DNA from: a virus
Length of the DNA: 34,506 bases
UHGV virus genome: UHGV-0828925
Direction: 5' to 3' (one strand)
A program made the position numbers and the translations under genes. The notes below the pieces were generated by a model, which worked only from the letters and a program-made list of their open reading frames with translations, made no database searches and was not told where the DNA came from. Positions 22,793-31,347 of the stretch are shown in pieces (position 1 is the first letter of the stretch; each line of letters begins with the position of its first letter).

Positions 22793-22988
22793 TTCTGATC
22801 CTCTTCAAAAGGCTACCTGTTACTGGTCGATTTAAGTCAACCTTTACCGCTGATTCGTGGAACAGATACTCTCTTCCATCCTTAACCGGAGGAGGGAATA
22901 TCCTGCACTCGCGTACCCATCGACGAACTGTTTCAAGGCTTCTTGGGCGTCGCTGGCGTGCGTTCCACTCCTGAAGTGTCAAGTACAT
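22770..22988 (-). CDS. xis: Excisionase (lambda Xis-like)
   Basis: 72 aa MYLTLQEWNARQRRPRSLETVRRWVRECRIFPPPVKDGREYLFHESAVKVDLNRP...; overlaps int start as in lambda. Confidence 0.9.
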   Translation of the reverse strand: MYLTLQEWNARQRRPRSLETVRRWVRECRIFPPPVKDGREYLFHESAVKVDLNRPVTGSLLKRIRNGKKAKS

Positions 22989-23017
22989 CGCAAAGTCTCC
23001 GCAATTACACGCAAGAA

Positions 23018-23185
23018 AAAACCGCCATCAGGCGGCTTGGTGTTCTTTCAGTTCTTCAATTCGAATATTGGTTACGTCTGCATGTGCTATCTGCGCCCAT
23101 ATCATCCAGTGGTCATAGCAGTCATTGATGTTCTCTGCTTCGATAACTCTGTTGAATGGTTCTCCATTCCATTCACCTGTGACTC
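23018..23185 (-). CDS. Small hypothetical protein downstream of xis (55 aa)
   Basis: Hand-translated MHFRVTGEWNGEPFNRVIEAENINDCYDHWMIWAQIAHADVTNIRIEELKEHQAA; similar-sized ORF follows xis in lambda. Confidence 0.45.
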
Positions 23186-23313
23186 GGAAGTGCATTTATC
23201 ATCTCCATAAAACAAAACTCGCCGTAGCGAGTTCAGATAAAAGAAATCCCCGCGAGTGCGAGGATTGTTATTCATTGCCGATATTCACCTTTATCGCGAA
23301 CACCTTTACCGGT

Positions 23314-23556
23314 TTATCTCCTTTGCATGGCGCGTAATTTTTTCAGATGGTTCTCCTGCTCTGTTTCAGCCAGAATTTGTCGGTATTCCTGGTGATCGAT
23401 CCGTTCAAACAGTTCATTAAAATCGTTTATTTTTACCGACTGTGTTCGCCCATCCATTCTTCTGTACAACACAGTGTTGTTTATGCAGCGAAGAATTTTT
23501 ATCGGGTAGCCGGCGCTATCGGTGTATATCTGACCACGTTGAATCAGAGCGAACAT
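23314..23556 (-). CDS. Hypothetical protein (about 80 aa)
   Basis: ATG with AAGGA SD chosen inside track ORF 23314..23610, whose first codon is TTG. Confidence 0.45.
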   Translation of the reverse strand: MFALIQRGQIYTDSAGYPIKILRCINNTVLYRRMDGRTQSVKINDFNELFERIDHQEYRQILAETEQENHLKKLRAMQRR

Positions 23557-23630
23557 TCCTTTATCCCCAGCGGAAAAGCGAATACAGAATAAATGCCACC
23601 GCGATTGCAACTCCTACAGCGGTGAATGCT

Positions 23631-24815
23631 TCAGGCCAATTCATCATTCACTCCCTGCGGCGGTTCTGGTAGCAGCATCCAGTACAAGGCGTTCCCTAAC
23701 CACGATAAAGTGCCGTCGCTCAACTCCACGTATTCCCCTTGTACCTGTCCTGCCATATACTCGCCGTGCTTTGAATAAATTAAAACCCAATCGTCTTGAG
23801 CGGGAATTCGCTCACTACAGCTTATCCAGGCATCCAGAGTTACCTGAGAATTGCCATTTACCAAGTCAGCTCGAACATATAGCGTGTCATCATGGTGCTG
23901 ATTGTGGCTGCACCACGTTAATTCGCTTAACTCGCCATCTTCTGGCCATACTCCAGCTGTTTGCAGCCAGATATGGGCTGGCGCATCCTGGCAAGGTGTA
24001 TTAACTGGAAACTTGTAAGTTTGGCTTACAGGTTGGCTACCCTGAAGCATGGCAGCGTGGCAGGCATACTCAACGCCCTTAACTGCATCTGCGCAGTAGT
24101 TATAGCGATTGCATTCCACTAATTTCCGTTTGAGTTTTTCAATTGCCTGCGCGACATCAGCCTGTATTACAGGAACTGGCGGAACGGCTGTTTGCTCTCG
24201 AACGTCATTAGTCGCTATCGGTTCTGCTGCCAACTGACTGGCATATTTGTTAATGGTAACGATAAGCTCTTGCTCAGCCTCATCCAGACAATCACCGATA
24301 CCTCGCCTGTCACCGTCAAAATCATCGAAATCGGCACGAATCTTGGCAACCTTCAGGATTGCGGACAACACCTCACTAGGAATTACCGGATAGTTGGTTG
24401 ACGTTTCCGCGATTTCCCGAAAATTATTGGTTGACGAATTCTTATTTTCCCGAAAGTTTCCGGACTGAAGCATGGCGGCGCGGCAGGCGTTCCAGCCATC
24501 TGCGTAACAATCTCTGTGTGTCTTGAAATATGTCACCGCCCTTGGTACATCGTTTACGTCTATTTCATCCGGCACAACCGGCGCAGGTGAGTCAGCATAA
24601 ACAGGAATAACGTCCGGTTGCTCTTTATTGCTTTCATCCGTTAAAGCCCAGAATAATTTCCCGGCCGGATGTTTGAAAATATAAGCAACTGGATCTGCTT
24701 CCAGCGATGCCAGTGCAATTTCATAAGCACGGCGCTCAATATTGTCTCGAACGTCCAAGCTGCCTATGCGCTCTTTGATTTCTTTAATCAGTTCTTTGTC
24801 GGTGAAAGTGGTCAT
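23631..24815 (-). CDS. Hypothetical protein with internal duplication and DUF551-like C-terminal domain
   Basis: 394 aa; two similar Cys-containing segments (DCYADGWNACRAAMLQSG... and NYCADAVKGVEYACHAAMLQGS...); C-terminal W..SERIP...DGTLSWLGNALYWMLLPEPP pattern typical of DUF551 as I recall it. Confidence 0.65.
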   Translation of the reverse strand: MTTFTDKELIKEIKERIGSLDVRDNIERRAYEIALASLEADPVAYIFKHPAGKLFWALTDESNKEQPDVIPVYADSPAPVVPDEIDVNDVPRAVTYFKTHRDCYADGWNACRAAMLQSGNFRENKNSSTNNFREIAETSTNYPVIPSEVLSAILKVAKIRADFDDFDGDRRGIGDCLDEAEQELIVTINKYASQLAAEPIATNDVREQTAVPPVPVIQADVAQAIEKLKRKLVECNRYNYCADAVKGVEYACHAAMLQGSQPVSQTYKFPVNTPCQDAPAHIWLQTAGVWPEDGELSELTWCSHNQHHDDTLYVRADLVNGNSQVTLDAWISCSERIPAQDDWVLIYSKHGEYMAGQVQGEYVELSDGTLSWLGNALYWMLLPEPPQGVNDELA

Positions 24816-25021
24816 TTGTTAATCCTCAAAACTTTATGCCCGGGCGCAAAAGCACGCGTTTTGTCTTTGCTTATTCGCCAGCCATCCTTGCGCGCCTCTT
24901 TTGCACAGCCAGCCCATGACGTACCTATATACTCACCGAAGTCTGGCGACTTATATTTGCCATCTGTACACTGGAGGCAATCACAATAGAGATGCATGGT
25001 GTAACTTGCAGCGATAGCCAT
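24812..25021 (-). CDS. Small Cys-rich hypothetical protein (69 aa)
   Basis: ATG with AAGGAGAG SD inside track ORF 24812..25093; CDC..C motif. Confidence 0.5.
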   Translation of the reverse strand: MAIAASYTMHLYCDCLQCTDGKYKSPDFGEYIGTSWAGCAKEARKDGWRISKDKTRAFAPGHKVLRINK

Positions 25022-25022
25022 A

Positions 25023-25211
25023 TCACTCTCCTTTAGTGCGCAAGTGGTTTTTCCAGCGGTTTTGCGCCGCGCTGGGCTTTTTGCAAAAACCACAATCCAT
25101 CATCCCGTAATATTTCATCAACCCCATCCGTCGGTTGCTGAGTCTCACCCACTGCCAGACGCCAGGAGCGTTTCTACGAACTAACAGAATCTTTGCTTTA
25201 CGGTTTTTCAT
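25023..25211 (-). CDS. Small basic protein, tandem paralog 1 (MKNRKAK...)
   Basis: 62 aa; shares N-terminal MKNRKAK and C-terminal QNR(W/R)K motif with the ORF immediately upstream; DNA-level direct repeat (T/C)TTACGGTTTTTCATC at both starts. Confidence 0.45.
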   Translation of the reverse strand: MKNRKAKILLVRRNAPGVWQWVRLSNRRMGLMKYYGMMDCGFCKKPSAAQNRWKNHLRTKGE

Positions 25212-25384
25212 CTTACTGCGTACCCTTTCTTCCGCCTGTTCTGTGACGCAGTAGGCTTACGCTTTGCGGCAAAAGCCACCTGACCAAATGGATGGAGTAC
25301 CGCTATCTTATGGTTGCTAATAACCAGCTCCACCACACGCACAGGTCGCTGTAAAAAAAGTCGTTTTGCCTTACGGTTTTTCAT
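25208..25384 (-). CDS. Small basic protein, tandem paralog 2 (MKNRKAK...)
   Basis: 58 aa hand-translated (MKNRKAKRLFLQRPVRVVELVISNHKIAVLHPFGQVAFAAKRKPTASQNRRKKGYAVR); stop overlaps next ATG (ATGA). Confidence 0.4.
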   Translation of the reverse strand: MKNRKAKRLFLQRPVRVVELVISNHKIAVLHPFGQVAFAAKRKPTASQNRRKKGYAVR

Positions 25385-25556
25385 CGCTTTGCTCTCCTGC
25401 GTCTCTTTGCTGCTCGTCGTGCCGCTGCAATACCGGTATGGCGGCGCTTTGGTGCTGGGGTGATGTTGTCAGCCATCAGGACCTGTGGCTTTGCAATTAG
25501 CGCAGAAGCCCAAAAACGAGTCGGGTACGGTAACAAGCCAATACATGCCACACGCA

Positions 25557-26003
25557 CTACTCACCTCCGTTGATGCGAATGCCTGTTGCAATGCTGTTTA
25601 TGATGCTGTCAGTGCATGGGGTAGAAAGCTGGGCATCTCCAGCAATTTTCATGACATCAACATCTGCATATCGAATACCGAGGTGTATCAGACCGGCTAT
25701 ACCTGACTTAAGCCGAGCATTTTCCATAAACAGATCCTTTGCCCGCTGTTTTTCTGCCTCAAGCTCAACGCGCAACTTCCCTACCGTTAGCGCAATATCC
25801 TCGTTCTCCTGGTCGCGGGATTTGATGTATTGCTGGTTTCTTTCCAGTTCATCCAGCAGTGCCAGCGCGATATCTGGCGAAAAGTGCTTCATAAAATCGT
25901 TAAGCGCATTAATTCGCTGATCGAAGGGCATTACAGGTGCTTCACCAGCAATTTTTGTTTTTTCAGCGATTTCACGAAGCTTTTGATAATCAATCTTGCT
26001 CAC
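25557..26003 (-). CDS. Hypothetical coiled-coil protein
   Basis: 148 aa, charged heptad-rich central region; start overlaps the stop of the upstream gene. Confidence 0.6.
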   Translation of the reverse strand: MSKIDYQKLREIAEKTKIAGEAPVMPFDQRINALNDFMKHFSPDIALALLDELERNQQYIKSRDQENEDIALTVGKLRVELEAEKQRAKDLFMENARLKSGIAGLIHLGIRYADVDVMKIAGDAQLSTPCTDSIINSIATGIRINGGE

Positions 26004-26692
26004 TGGTTGCCTCCTTTGCGAAGCTGTTCAGCAATACTTACGCATATCTCTGCGCCTCTAATCAGCCCCGGAACGTTCTTGTTTGGCCCAACTTCACCAT
26101 CAACAAAATCAATCATCGCGTTACGAGCCATATCCACCCCCTGCGCACGTACTTCAGCCAGGAGAGCGTCGGTGGCTGGGGTTTCGATATTAGGTAGAAG
26201 CGCATAATCGCAAATCGTATCGATCGCAGGATCACAACAGTCATCCTCGTTGCGTGGTCGTTCGCCAACCTTCGTTGACGATTGCATGATGATTCCCCAG
26301 CAAATACTATCGACCTCTTCGCTCCATCCATCGCAAGCATCACCGCGATAGTCGTCGATTGCAGCCTCAGCCGATTCGATAGCTTCCTCAGCAGTTTTGT
26401 GCCATTCGAAATTATGCTCAGAGCCATATGAGAAATATGAATGTCCCGCCTTCAGCCCAGCATTCTCCGCTGCCAGCGCCACGCACTTGGCCTCAAGGTT
26501 ATCAATCGTGATTCCAACAGAACGACACTCCCGCAACGCCGTTTCCAGTTTTGATTCAAGTTCACCGAACTTACGGACAAGATATTCAGCGTTTGTTTCG
26601 TTGACCTTTAAATCTCGTGGGATGCATTTGCCTTTCAGAAATCCATCCATCTCAATTAGTGACATTTGTTTCATTTCTTCCCACTCCGGCAC
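26000..26692 (-). CDS. Hypothetical acidic Cys-containing protein
   Basis: 230 aa ORF in an operon-like arrangement on the minus strand. Confidence 0.6.
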   Translation of the reverse strand: MPEWEEMKQMSLIEMDGFLKGKCIPRDLKVNETNAEYLVRKFGELESKLETALRECRSVGITIDNLEAKCVALAAENAGLKAGHSYFSYGSEHNFEWHKTAEEAIESAEAAIDDYRGDACDGWSEEVDSICWGIIMQSSTKVGERPRNEDDCCDPAIDTICDYALLPNIETPATDALLAEVRAQGVDMARNAMIDFVDGEVGPNKNVPGLIRGAEICVSIAEQLRKGGNQ

Positions 26693-26835
26693 ATCGCATT
26701 CAGATATTTGTTTTGATTTACTGACGGAAAAGAATTTCTCTTAAGTAATTCCTCTCTCGATGGCATTGGCTTTACGCGTTGGCGAATAATCATTTCTGCA
26801 GGAAGAATGCCGGGGTTGTATGCAAGTCCTCTCAT
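26671..26835 (-). CDS. Small hypothetical protein (54 aa)
   Basis: ATG with GAGGAA SD inside track ORF 26671..26988, immediately after the stop of the upstream gene. Confidence 0.35.
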   Translation of the reverse strand: MRGLAYNPGILPAEMIIRQRVKPMPSREELLKRNSFPSVNQNKYLNAMCRSGKK

Positions 26836-26845
26836 GGTAAATTCC

Positions 26846-27142
26846 TCAGTCATTACTGATAGCGCCATAGCGTGAGCGGTAATTACGCAGGCGCGGGTCG
26901 ATATATTCAGGGAAGTGGGTATATGTGGCTTTACGGAATGGTCTGATTGATGTCTGGTAAATTCGCTCTCGTTCTTCTTTCTCTGCAAGCCATATACAGT
27001 GGCGAAATTCCTTTTCCTCTTTCGTTTCCTGTGGTAGCGACATTATCCGATCGTAGTTTTTTCTGAATTTATCTAGCACCTCCGATACGGATTTGCCGGA
27101 ACAGCGGCGCGGGTCATCCGCACCATACAAAGGCGCTGGCAT
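26846..27142 (-). CDS. Hypothetical protein (98 aa)
   Basis: ORF in the same leftward operon, charged/basic composition. Confidence 0.5.
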   Translation of the reverse strand: MPAPLYGADDPRRCSGKSVSEVLDKFRKNYDRIMSLPQETKEEKEFRHCIWLAEKEERERIYQTSIRPFRKATYTHFPEYIDPRLRNYRSRYGAISND

Positions 27143-27158
27143 GTTTTTCTCCTGTTTA

Positions 27159-27707
27159 TTATTTAGCTAACTTTTTCCAGATCGCTGAAACGTATTTGGC
27201 TTGGTGGATGGCATCATCAAGCGCGTTGTGGCGAGTTCCTTTGAATGGCATATCTCGCTTAGGGTCGAATCCTATTACCTTTCCAAGCTCGACGATTGTT
27301 CTTACGTCGCGGTCATTCCACCACTGCCACGGAACTGGCTGCCCTGTCAGCGAATAACTGTTTCGGAGAATAACGCAGTCAAATGATGCTCCATTCCCCC
27401 AAACCTGAACGAATTTGTGGTTAGCGTTCTTTATGATGAATTCAGATAACCATGAAAGAGCCGTTGAAAGCTCCTGAGTGTTGCTGGTTAGCGATTTTCT
27501 GGCTTCTTCACTCTGTTCCAGCCACCATAAAATCGTTGAAGCGTCAGGACGCGCCCGATATCGCATTGATGACTCAAGCGAGATATTTACCGAGAACTCT
27601 TCTCCTGTTTCTCCGGTATTCGGTTCAAAGAATACCGCCCCAATAGAAATAACTGGCGCGTATGGCCCGTTGCCCATTGTTTCAAGGTCAACCATCAAGT
27701 GATTCAT
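27159..27707 (-). CDS. DEDDh-type 3'-5' exonuclease (DnaQ-like)
   Basis: 182 aa; N-terminal MVDLETMG (Exo I D-x-E), later GASFDCVIL and HNALDDAIHQAKY (Exo III H-x4-D) motifs. Confidence 0.75.
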   Translation of the reverse strand: MNHLMVDLETMGNGPYAPVISIGAVFFEPNTGETGEEFSVNISLESSMRYRARPDASTILWWLEQSEEARKSLTSNTQELSTALSWLSEFIIKNANHKFVQVWGNGASFDCVILRNSYSLTGQPVPWQWWNDRDVRTIVELGKVIGFDPKRDMPFKGTRHNALDDAIHQAKYVSAIWKKLAK

Positions 27708-27715
27708 GTAAGTCC

Positions 27716-28231
27716 TTAAATTGCGTGAATAGCGTGACGAGGGAAAGGGAGAGTTACTGGTGCAAAGGGGATATCGTCGTCAAAATCCATAGGTGGTTCG
27801 CTGTGATTTACCTGCTTCTGAGGCTGCTGTTTTTGTTGCTGACCGTTATTTCGCTGAGGTGAAGACTGTTCATTGCCTCCTTGCTTGCCACCAAGCATTT
27901 GCATGGTTCCACCAACGCCCACGATAACTTCGGTAGTGAACCGATCCTGTCCACTTTGATCCTGCCATTTTCTTGTCCGCAATTTGCCTTCAAGATAAAC
28001 CTCAGAGCCTTTTCGCAGATATTCGCTGGCAATTTCTGCCAGTTTCCCGCTCATTACCACGCGGTGCCACTCCGTCTGCTCCTTTTGCTCTCCAGTTTGC
28101 TTATCACGCCATTGTTCTGACGTAGCAACTGTAAGGTTTGCAAATGCCGTTCCTGATGGTGAATATCTGATTTCTGGATCATGCCCAAGGCGACCAATAA
28201 TGATCACCTTATTTACGCCTCTGCTTGCCAT
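27716..28231 (-). CDS. ssb: Single-stranded DNA-binding protein
   Basis: 171 aa; OB-fold N-terminal region ([34 protein letters not shown]), Gly/Gln-rich linker and acidic C-terminal tail DFDDDIPF. Confidence 0.9.
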   Translation of the reverse strand: MASRGVNKVIIIGRLGHDPEIRYSPSGTAFANLTVATSEQWRDKQTGEQKEQTEWHRVVMSGKLAEIASEYLRKGSEVYLEGKLRTRKWQDQSGQDRFTTEVIVGVGGTMQMLGGKQGGNEQSSPQRNNGQQQKQQPQKQVNHSEPPMDFDDDIPFAPVTLPFPRHAIHAI

Positions 28232-28939
28232 TTATGCCGCCTGTTTTAGTTCGTTAACTCTGATGTTCATTACCTGAACGCATTTAGCCTGCGCCTCCTC
28301 GTTGCCAGCCATTAATTGCCAGTCACGCTGATAACGCTCGATGAGTTTTTCCTTGTCAGTTTCTGTCGATGCATAATCGCTGAAGTCTTTCAGGATTTGT
28401 TCGCAGTCAACCGATGGAGATTTCTGGTTGGTATTTTCTGGTGATGGTTGATTGCCAGATGCTGGCATTGCCCATCCCGGCAGCGATGGAGGGGACCAGT
28501 AAAATCCTGTTCCATCTTTCAGTTTTGCCCTGTGCCATCCCTGCTTTTTATCGAGAGATGTTTGTGCGAAACCTTCCTCAAGGTTATACAGATACCGACC
28601 GATTCCCCACTGAACGGCAGCGCGCTTCATTGCACCGGAACGACCACCTTTGACGGCTTCTACCTGCGTGTTTTCAGCAGCATCCCATTTGGTTACCCAT
28701 TCGGAATCAATCTTTATTGATATGCCGCATTCAACGCCGCCGTTGTTGGGAATATCGCGGTATTCATTGCGCCATCCTGCTTTGCCACAAACATCGTCCA
28801 GGCGTTTCATGATTGCCCGGTTCGTTACATAAGCCAGCACCATAGCCCACACTTTGCCATCGCGTGTTTTACCGCTTTGCTGTATTCGCCATTCGATATC
28901 TTCAGGGCTGAATGGCTCATCGAATTTATTCAAATCCAT
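28232..28939 (-). CDS. Single-strand annealing recombinase (Rad52/Sak-like core with Erf-like C-terminal region)
   Basis: 235 aa; ...AMKRAAVQWGIGRYLY motif as in Rad52-family annealing proteins; C-terminal DFSDYASTETDKEKLIERYQRDWQLMAGNEEAQAKCVQVMNIRVNELKQAA resembles the P22 Erf C-terminus as I recall it. Confidence 0.7.
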   Translation of the reverse strand: MDLNKFDEPFSPEDIEWRIQQSGKTRDGKVWAMVLAYVTNRAIMKRLDDVCGKAGWRNEYRDIPNNGGVECGISIKIDSEWVTKWDAAENTQVEAVKGGRSGAMKRAAVQWGIGRYLYNLEEGFAQTSLDKKQGWHRAKLKDGTGFYWSPPSLPGWAMPASGNQPSPENTNQKSPSVDCEQILKDFSDYASTETDKEKLIERYQRDWQLMAGNEEAQAKCVQVMNIRVNELKQAA

Positions 28940-29038
28940 AATTCACCTCAGAATGGACATGGCCCAAGGAAATAACGCTGATTTAATACTTCGACTCGGG
29001 ACAAATTAAGGCATACCCGCATTCCTTCGCGGTCACCA

Positions 29039-29197
29039 TTATGGCGATACCAGAGAGCTTTCTGCGTGTACATGCGTCTCTGTAACTTGCTCTCCTTCAC
29101 TGTGGTTGCAAGTGACATGAATATCTCCTTCGTTACCGATTAATTCTTTCATCTGACGAATGAATTCTTCGTCTGACCAGTTATCTGTAAAATTCAT
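29039..29197 (-). CDS. Small hypothetical protein (kil position)
   Basis: 52 aa from internal ATG of track ORF 29039..29227 (first codon TTG); ATG overlaps the cIII-like stop. Confidence 0.35.
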   Translation of the reverse strand: MNFTDNWSDEEFIRQMKELIGNEGDIHVTCNHSEGEQVTETHVHAESSLVSP

Positions 29198-29364
29198 GGA
29201 CGGCCTTGTTGTTTCAAAATATCCCAAAGCTTTTCGAGCAAACTTTTCATTCTTGGTTGTTTAAAGTCTGCTCCGGTTAAAATATTTTTTCGTGAATGCT
29301 GTACCGATAAAATCGGGTTGAAAGGGCGAACCGATGCCGCCCCTGCAATAGCGAACTGTTGCAT
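29194..29364 (-). CDS. cIII: CIII-like protein (protease inhibitor protecting CII)
   Basis: 56 aa hand-translated MQQFAIAGAASVRPFNPILSVQHSRKNILTGADFKQPRMKSLLEKLWDILKQQGRP; AAGGAG SD; central amphipathic region resembles lambda CIII. Below track threshold. Confidence 0.55.
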   Translation of the reverse strand: MQQFAIAGAASVRPFNPILSVQHSRKNILTGADFKQPRMKSLLEKLWDILKQQGRP

Positions 29365-29439
29365 AGGATGCTCCTTCTGTTTGATTGCATAACGAAAACG
29401 CCTCTCGTGAAGCGTTATTGGTATGCGGTAAAGCCGCGC

Positions 29440-29751
29440 TTAGGCGGCTGATGTTTCTTCTTTCAGGCTTTCGAGATATTTACGTGGGTCGTCGTAACAT
29501 TGGCATTCGCTGTACCAATCCACCCAGCGATCAGTAAGCCCCATCTCTGATAAATCTTCATCGGTAAGGCTCTCATCCCACATCTCAAGGCCGTTAGCAT
29601 TGCAGTAATCAGGCTTGATGTTGTTGTCATACTGAAAGGCGTCATAATCAGCCAGTGCGTCCATCAGGCGAACACCCTCTTCAACACTTGCCACTTCTAC
29701 AATGAACGGCTTCATAGGTACTTGCGGGATATGCCAGACACGTAATTTCAT
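29440..29751 (-). CDS. Hypothetical acidic protein
   Basis: About 103 aa from ATG with GGAGAA SD (track ORF 29440..29805 starts with TTG). Confidence 0.5.
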   Translation of the reverse strand: MKLRVWHIPQVPMKPFIVEVASVEEGVRLMDALADYDAFQYDNNIKPDYCNANGLEMWDESLTDEDLSEMGLTDRWVDWYSECQCYDDPRKYLESLKEETSAA

Positions 29752-29939
29752 ATTTTCTCCGTTAAAAAAATCGCCCTCACACTGGAGGGCAAAGAAGATT
29801 TCCAATAATCAGAACAAGTCGGCTCCTGTTTAGTTACGAGCGACATTGCTCCGTGTATTCACTCGTTGGAATGAATACACAGTGCTGTGTTTATTCTGTT
29901 GTTTATGCCAAAAATAAAGGCCGACTATGCGGCCATCAC

Positions 29940-30128
29940 TTAAATTTCCTTCCATCCCCAATCAAGCGTTTCAAATGCTACATCACGCATGTTTTCGTCT
30001 TTTTCGTCCTGATCCATTTCATTCCACTCATTCTCGGATAAGCCAAGATCATCGAGTGTTACAACTGTCTTTTTGCAAGAATGAATGTTTGCGCCGGAAT
30101 CCAACCAAATTTCAAATTTACGTTCCAT
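29940..30128 (-). CDS. Small hypothetical acidic protein downstream of N
   Basis: 62 aa; GAGGTGA SD; ATG 8 nt after the N stop. Confidence 0.5.
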   Translation of the reverse strand: MERKFEIWLDSGANIHSCKKTVVTLDDLGLSENEWNEMDQDEKDENMRDVAFETLDWGWKEI

Positions 30129-30136
30129 ATATCACC

Positions 30137-30436
30137 TCAAATAAGTGGTTTGCTGCCTAATTTCATTTTCTGGCGACCAACACAAGTCACACCCATTTCA
30201 CTGCGTGGCTTGCTGTAGTAAATACGGTTCTGTTTACGCTCGACTTCTTCTGCCTTCTTGCAGCGAAGGCTTCCGAGTGATGCTGCTTTATCTGCTCTGA
30301 CGCAACCAGAGAGCTTTAGCGCAATTTTTCGCGCCAGTCGCTGCTCTTGCATTGCCTGTTCACGTTGAGTCTGTCTGCGTGCTCTGCGGCGATTTCTGGC
30401 GTTATCGTCAGCCAGATATGTAATGACTACTGTCAT
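30137..30436 (-). CDS. N: N-like transcription antiterminator
   Basis: 99 aa; arginine-rich motif NARNRRRARRQTQREQ near the N-terminus; C-terminus ...ERKQNRIYYSKPRSEMGVTCVGRQKMKLGSKPLI resembles lambda N (...RTWYSKPGERGITCSGRQKIKGKSIPLI); GGAGG SD. Confidence 0.8.
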   Translation of the reverse strand: MTVVITYLADDNARNRRRARRQTQREQAMQEQRLARKIALKLSGCVRADKAASLGSLRCKKAEEVERKQNRIYYSKPRSEMGVTCVGRQKMKLGSKPLI

Positions 30437-31085
30437 GTTGACCTCCGATGAAACAACTTTGGAATTTTTTTATTACAAAGTGGTTTCCTTCCCCGCCAAT
30501 TAGACGGGGATGGAAGAGCATTTATGAGCCTTCATGGACTCTGCTCGATCAGTTCTATTTAATTAATCTCTCAACTGAATGTAAGTATTCACATAAATCC
30601 TCCTACCTCTTGTGCAGCTTTCTTGAATATGGTGGCGGCTGCATAACGCCTATGGAATTGACTTTGGCGATTGGATGGCCGGTGCTGAACTCCGGCTTAC
30701 TGGTTAGAGCGCCCGCACTACCAGTGACGCTGTCTTGAGGCGCAGATTGGTTACTGCTTGCCATGAGCGCTGTTTATACATTGGTCGAGCATCAGCCTGC
30801 TCATTCATCCAATCACAAAGCCAACTACTCTTTGACTCACACTCTCGCAGTGAGCGCGCTCATGCCATTGAGTCTCTGCCGCTTCATCGCCGCTGATAAC
30901 CGGTGCGCGTCTGGCATTCGCGCTGCTTTACCGGAGCTACTTTTAATATATTGACCCTAACCCGATGCTAAGCAGGCTCGCTCAATGGCGACTCAGGGCA
31001 GTATCATTACTGCTGCATTGCCTTTCGGCTGCGGTCTAACCGCGTTAGTGCACCATTACGGCACCTCCTGTTTGGTTAAACTCAG

Positions 31086-31127
31086 TTCCCGCATTTCGGC
31101 GGGACAATCCCATCAATGTTAAAGAGC
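31086..31127 (-). promoter_or_regulatory. nutL: nutL (boxA + boxB)
   Basis: On the minus strand: boxA GCTCTTTAACA, then boxB hairpin TCCCGC-CGAAAT-GCGGGA; same boxA/boxB as nutR. Confidence 0.7.
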
Positions 31128-31173
31128 CTGCCAAGCTGTTCCGTTTGGCTACCAGCGTCCTGCTGATGGCTAA

Positions 31174-31260
31174 AGAATACTGTAGGTATTTTATTGTGTA
31201 AATACCCAAGGTATTTATTTTTGGTGAAATAATGATAAGCAAATGAATACAAAGGATATT
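31174..31260 (-). promoter_or_regulatory. OL operators and pL promoter
   Basis: Three AATAC-N5-(G/A)TATT sites at 31176..31190, 31201..31215, 31246..31260; minus-strand -35 TTTACA / 17 bp / -10 TATTCT overlapping the first site. Confidence 0.6.
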
Positions 31261-31347
31261 TATTTTTTTCGGTGTCTGCTTGTTCAGTGCTTTTTATGCG
31301 GGATATGTGAAGTGGATCCCGATAGCTATTGCTGCCGGGATTATGGG

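Noticed and set aside
30448-30954. Plus-strand ORFs 30448..30738 and 30763..30954 in the N leader
   Set aside because: Antisense to the pL transcript, no SD, low-complexity translations; the region is treated instead as a structured non-coding leader.
30640-30960. IS element, tRNA or tmRNA in the GC-rich N leader
   Set aside because: No terminal inverted repeats, no transposase ORF, and no cloverleaf-compatible segment seen by eye; not confirmed without a covariance search.
31045-31242. Minus-strand 65-aa ORF spanning nutL and OL/pL
   Set aside because: It runs across the operator/promoter and nut hairpin; start lies upstream of the pL transcription start; composition not protein-like.
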